A DNA stretch of 64,000 nt from Podarcis liolepis. Taxonomy: Eukaryota. The DNA lies in assembly GCA_965112155.1 (NCBI GenBank), contig OZ218098.1; one strand, written 5' to 3'. Both the position numbers and the translations under genes were made by a program. This document shows, one piece after another, positions 61,820 through 64,000 of this stretch (positions are counted from its first letter, which is position 1; the number at the start of each line of letters is the position of its first letter). Under the pieces are notes generated by a model that saw only the letters and a program-made list of their open reading frames with translations, did no database searches and was not told where the DNA came from.

Positions 61820-62691
61820 TAAAAAACCCTTCACTTTCTGCATGTAACAGCATCTGCATGTAATATCAAGTCTCGTCCTCTAGTCATAAGTTTCCATGTG
61901 GCACTCAGATTGTTTTGTATGCTCTTTCTCTAACAGAGAGGAGTGAGATGGGTTGTACTTTGCTATCTTCAAACAGACAACATTAAGTGGTCCGGAGAAT
62001 TTAATTTTAACCAAACCAACAGCAATCTTCATAAACAATCTCACAAGTGGGAAAGAGAGGGGGATGGATTGCATTGAGAAAAGCATTGTGTTTGCTAGCT
62101 AAATCCATCCATGGAACATAACAAGAGGTTATGCCACCGCCTCAAATGATCAAAGGAGCTATTTTATTTGATTACAGTGGAAAGTTGCCACAAGAGCCAA
62201 AGTCAGAGAACATTATCATCTCAGCATAATTATTCATTAATGATTTACTTTAAATTCATTCTCTCTCTGAAAAAGGAATTGATTAGAAATTGGATTTAAA
62301 AAAAGAAGTGGAATGATTAGATGTCTCTAGCTGTGAAGAGGCAGGCAAGGGCCATCTCCGACACCAGGACATACCACAGCCTGCCTTGACTGCGGGAGCA
62401 GCGAGGGGAGGATTATTTCCTTCCACTGCAACATATCACAAGTGGCTGCAGCTACTTTTACAAACGCAACCTTGTCATTGCGATTTGTCGCACTTTTGGT
62501 GAGCATTTTAGCACACTGAAGTTTCATCTCCTCTGCCTTGTAGCCAATAGCCATAAAATGCATGGTGCAGTAATGAAAAAGGCAAGATCACAACACGGGA
62601 TATAATAACACCACTATGGCTATACAATATAAAGTCAGATTGCAAAGTGAATGCAGCTTTGAATTGCATTCAAAGTCTGTGCATCTATGGG

Positions 62692-63008
62692 AGGGGGGAG
62701 TTCATAGCTCAGTGGCAAAGCATGCATAGGATCACAGATTCATTTCTGCCATCTCCAGTAGCAGAACAAGGACATAACCTCAGAGAGCTGCTTCTACTCA
62801 GAGTAGGCCAACCTTCGCCCGATATGGTGCCTTCAAAAAAAAATTGGACTCCACCCCTCATCAGCCTTGGCTACTATGGCCAATTGTCAGGATTAATAAG
62901 GGTTGTAGTCCAAAACCTATGAAGGATACCAGGTTGGAGAAAGCCTGAGTAGACAATGCTGAGCTAGACAGACCAAAGCTCTGACTCTATTAAAGACAAC
63001 TTCTTACA
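62692..63008 (+). mobile_element. Squam3-type SINE interrupted by a MER5-like MITE (~62806-62947)
   Basis: CATAGCTCAGTGG head. After the insert the SINE resumes as AGTAGACAATGCTGAGCTAGA...CTGACTC. Confidence 0.6.
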
Positions 63009-63807
63009 AATGTATCCAAATATCAGCATTATACTATGGGTGCTCCTGCTGCTGCAAATTTCCTGCGAACTCGATGCACAATTCTAAATAAGACCTGAAC
63101 AGCACAATCCAATGTACTTCCTCAGAAGTAAGTCCCACTGAGCTCAATGGAACTTACTCAAAGATATGTGTGTGTACAGAATTTCAGCTTAAGGCTACTA
63201 TCTGATTTACCGGTGCTTTTAAAAGCAACACACCTGATGCAGCTGTGTCGTTTGAGAAAACCAGCAAGATGTGTGAACTCTTGGTAGCCCTTGATGTCCT
63301 GATTATTAATGATGTGAGACAGCTCCTGTTCTTCACTTGTCCTGAAAACATGTTGTCAGTCAGAACCCATGAAACCTTTTCCACAGCAATGAAAAAGAAG
63401 GCACAAGAGGTCATCAGCTTGCTGAAGTTGAGCAGGTGTGGTTTCTGGTCAGTGCTTGGATAGGTGACCGACTGGAAACCATATATACGCATCCTTGGGT
63501 TCCATGTTGGAAGAATCTTAACAGTATCACAAAAACTTTGTTAGGATCAACTAAAAGTCACAAAACAGCCTGTTAGTTCTGGAGTGTCAAAGGACTACTG
63601 CTGAACTGAAGAATGTAGACCAGTGATTGGTGGTGTTTTCATGGGTGAATCCTTTCCTTTAACAAGTGAGGGCTGGGGGTTGCTTTGCCACCCCTTGAAG
63701 CAAGGGTTTGGTTGTACTTACCTAGGAGTATGTCCCTCCAACTACAAGGGGGCTTCTTTCTGAGTAAACATGCCTAGGATTGCACTGTGAATTGTGGTGT
63801 CCTAAGG

Positions 63808-64000
63808 TGTCATGGGCCAGGAGTCAGCTTCACCTGCTGAACAGCAGCCTGAAGGGGGAGAAGGCAGAGTGACTCCACCTGCAGCTGATCAGCCATCAAG
63901 GACACAGAGGAGAAGGTGCTGATGAGAACCAGCTGGATTCAGCCTTCTGAAGCAGAGCTTCCAGCAGCAGTCAGGTGCTGTTAAAAATGCTTGCAGTTCC
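63808..64000 (+). mobile_element. Probable LTR start (TGTCA...), running off the window
   Basis: TGTCATGG start and a purine-rich body similar in style to the 30315 LTR. The right end is not visible. Confidence 0.35.

Noticed and set aside
63184-63492. 102-aa and 72-aa ORFs near the window end
   Set aside because: No recognisable homology and no clear splice structure.

Overview
This is vertebrate nuclear DNA, almost certainly from a squamate and most likely a lacertid lizard. The evidence is Sauria/Squam1 SINEs with (ACCTTT)n tails, Squam3-type SINEs, BovB, CR1, L2 and Tigger-like MITEs. I recognise no protein-coding gene, RNA gene or prokaryotic system. The ORFs in the track are chance frames, microsatellite read-throughs or retroelement remnants. 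The window looks like a large intron or gene desert: repeat-free, motif-rich islands that resemble conserved non-coding elements, separated by dense and often nested transposon insertions, many with intact target-site duplications (TSDs). The most notable observations are these. (1) Four short N blocks fall in unique, conserved-looking sequence, and two are bracketed by splice-site-like motifs at frame-preserving distances. (2) There are two apparently bipartite (5' end + 3' end, ORF-less) non-autonomous LINE derivatives, one RTE-derived and one L1-like. (3) Two solo LTRs have 5-bp TSDs and are nested with other elements. (4) One MITE family has two copies that differ by a 69-bp palindromic internal duplication. 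(5) A textbook-spaced E-box/GATA composite lies inside a GATA cluster. Family names come from recognising sequence patterns, not from database searches.
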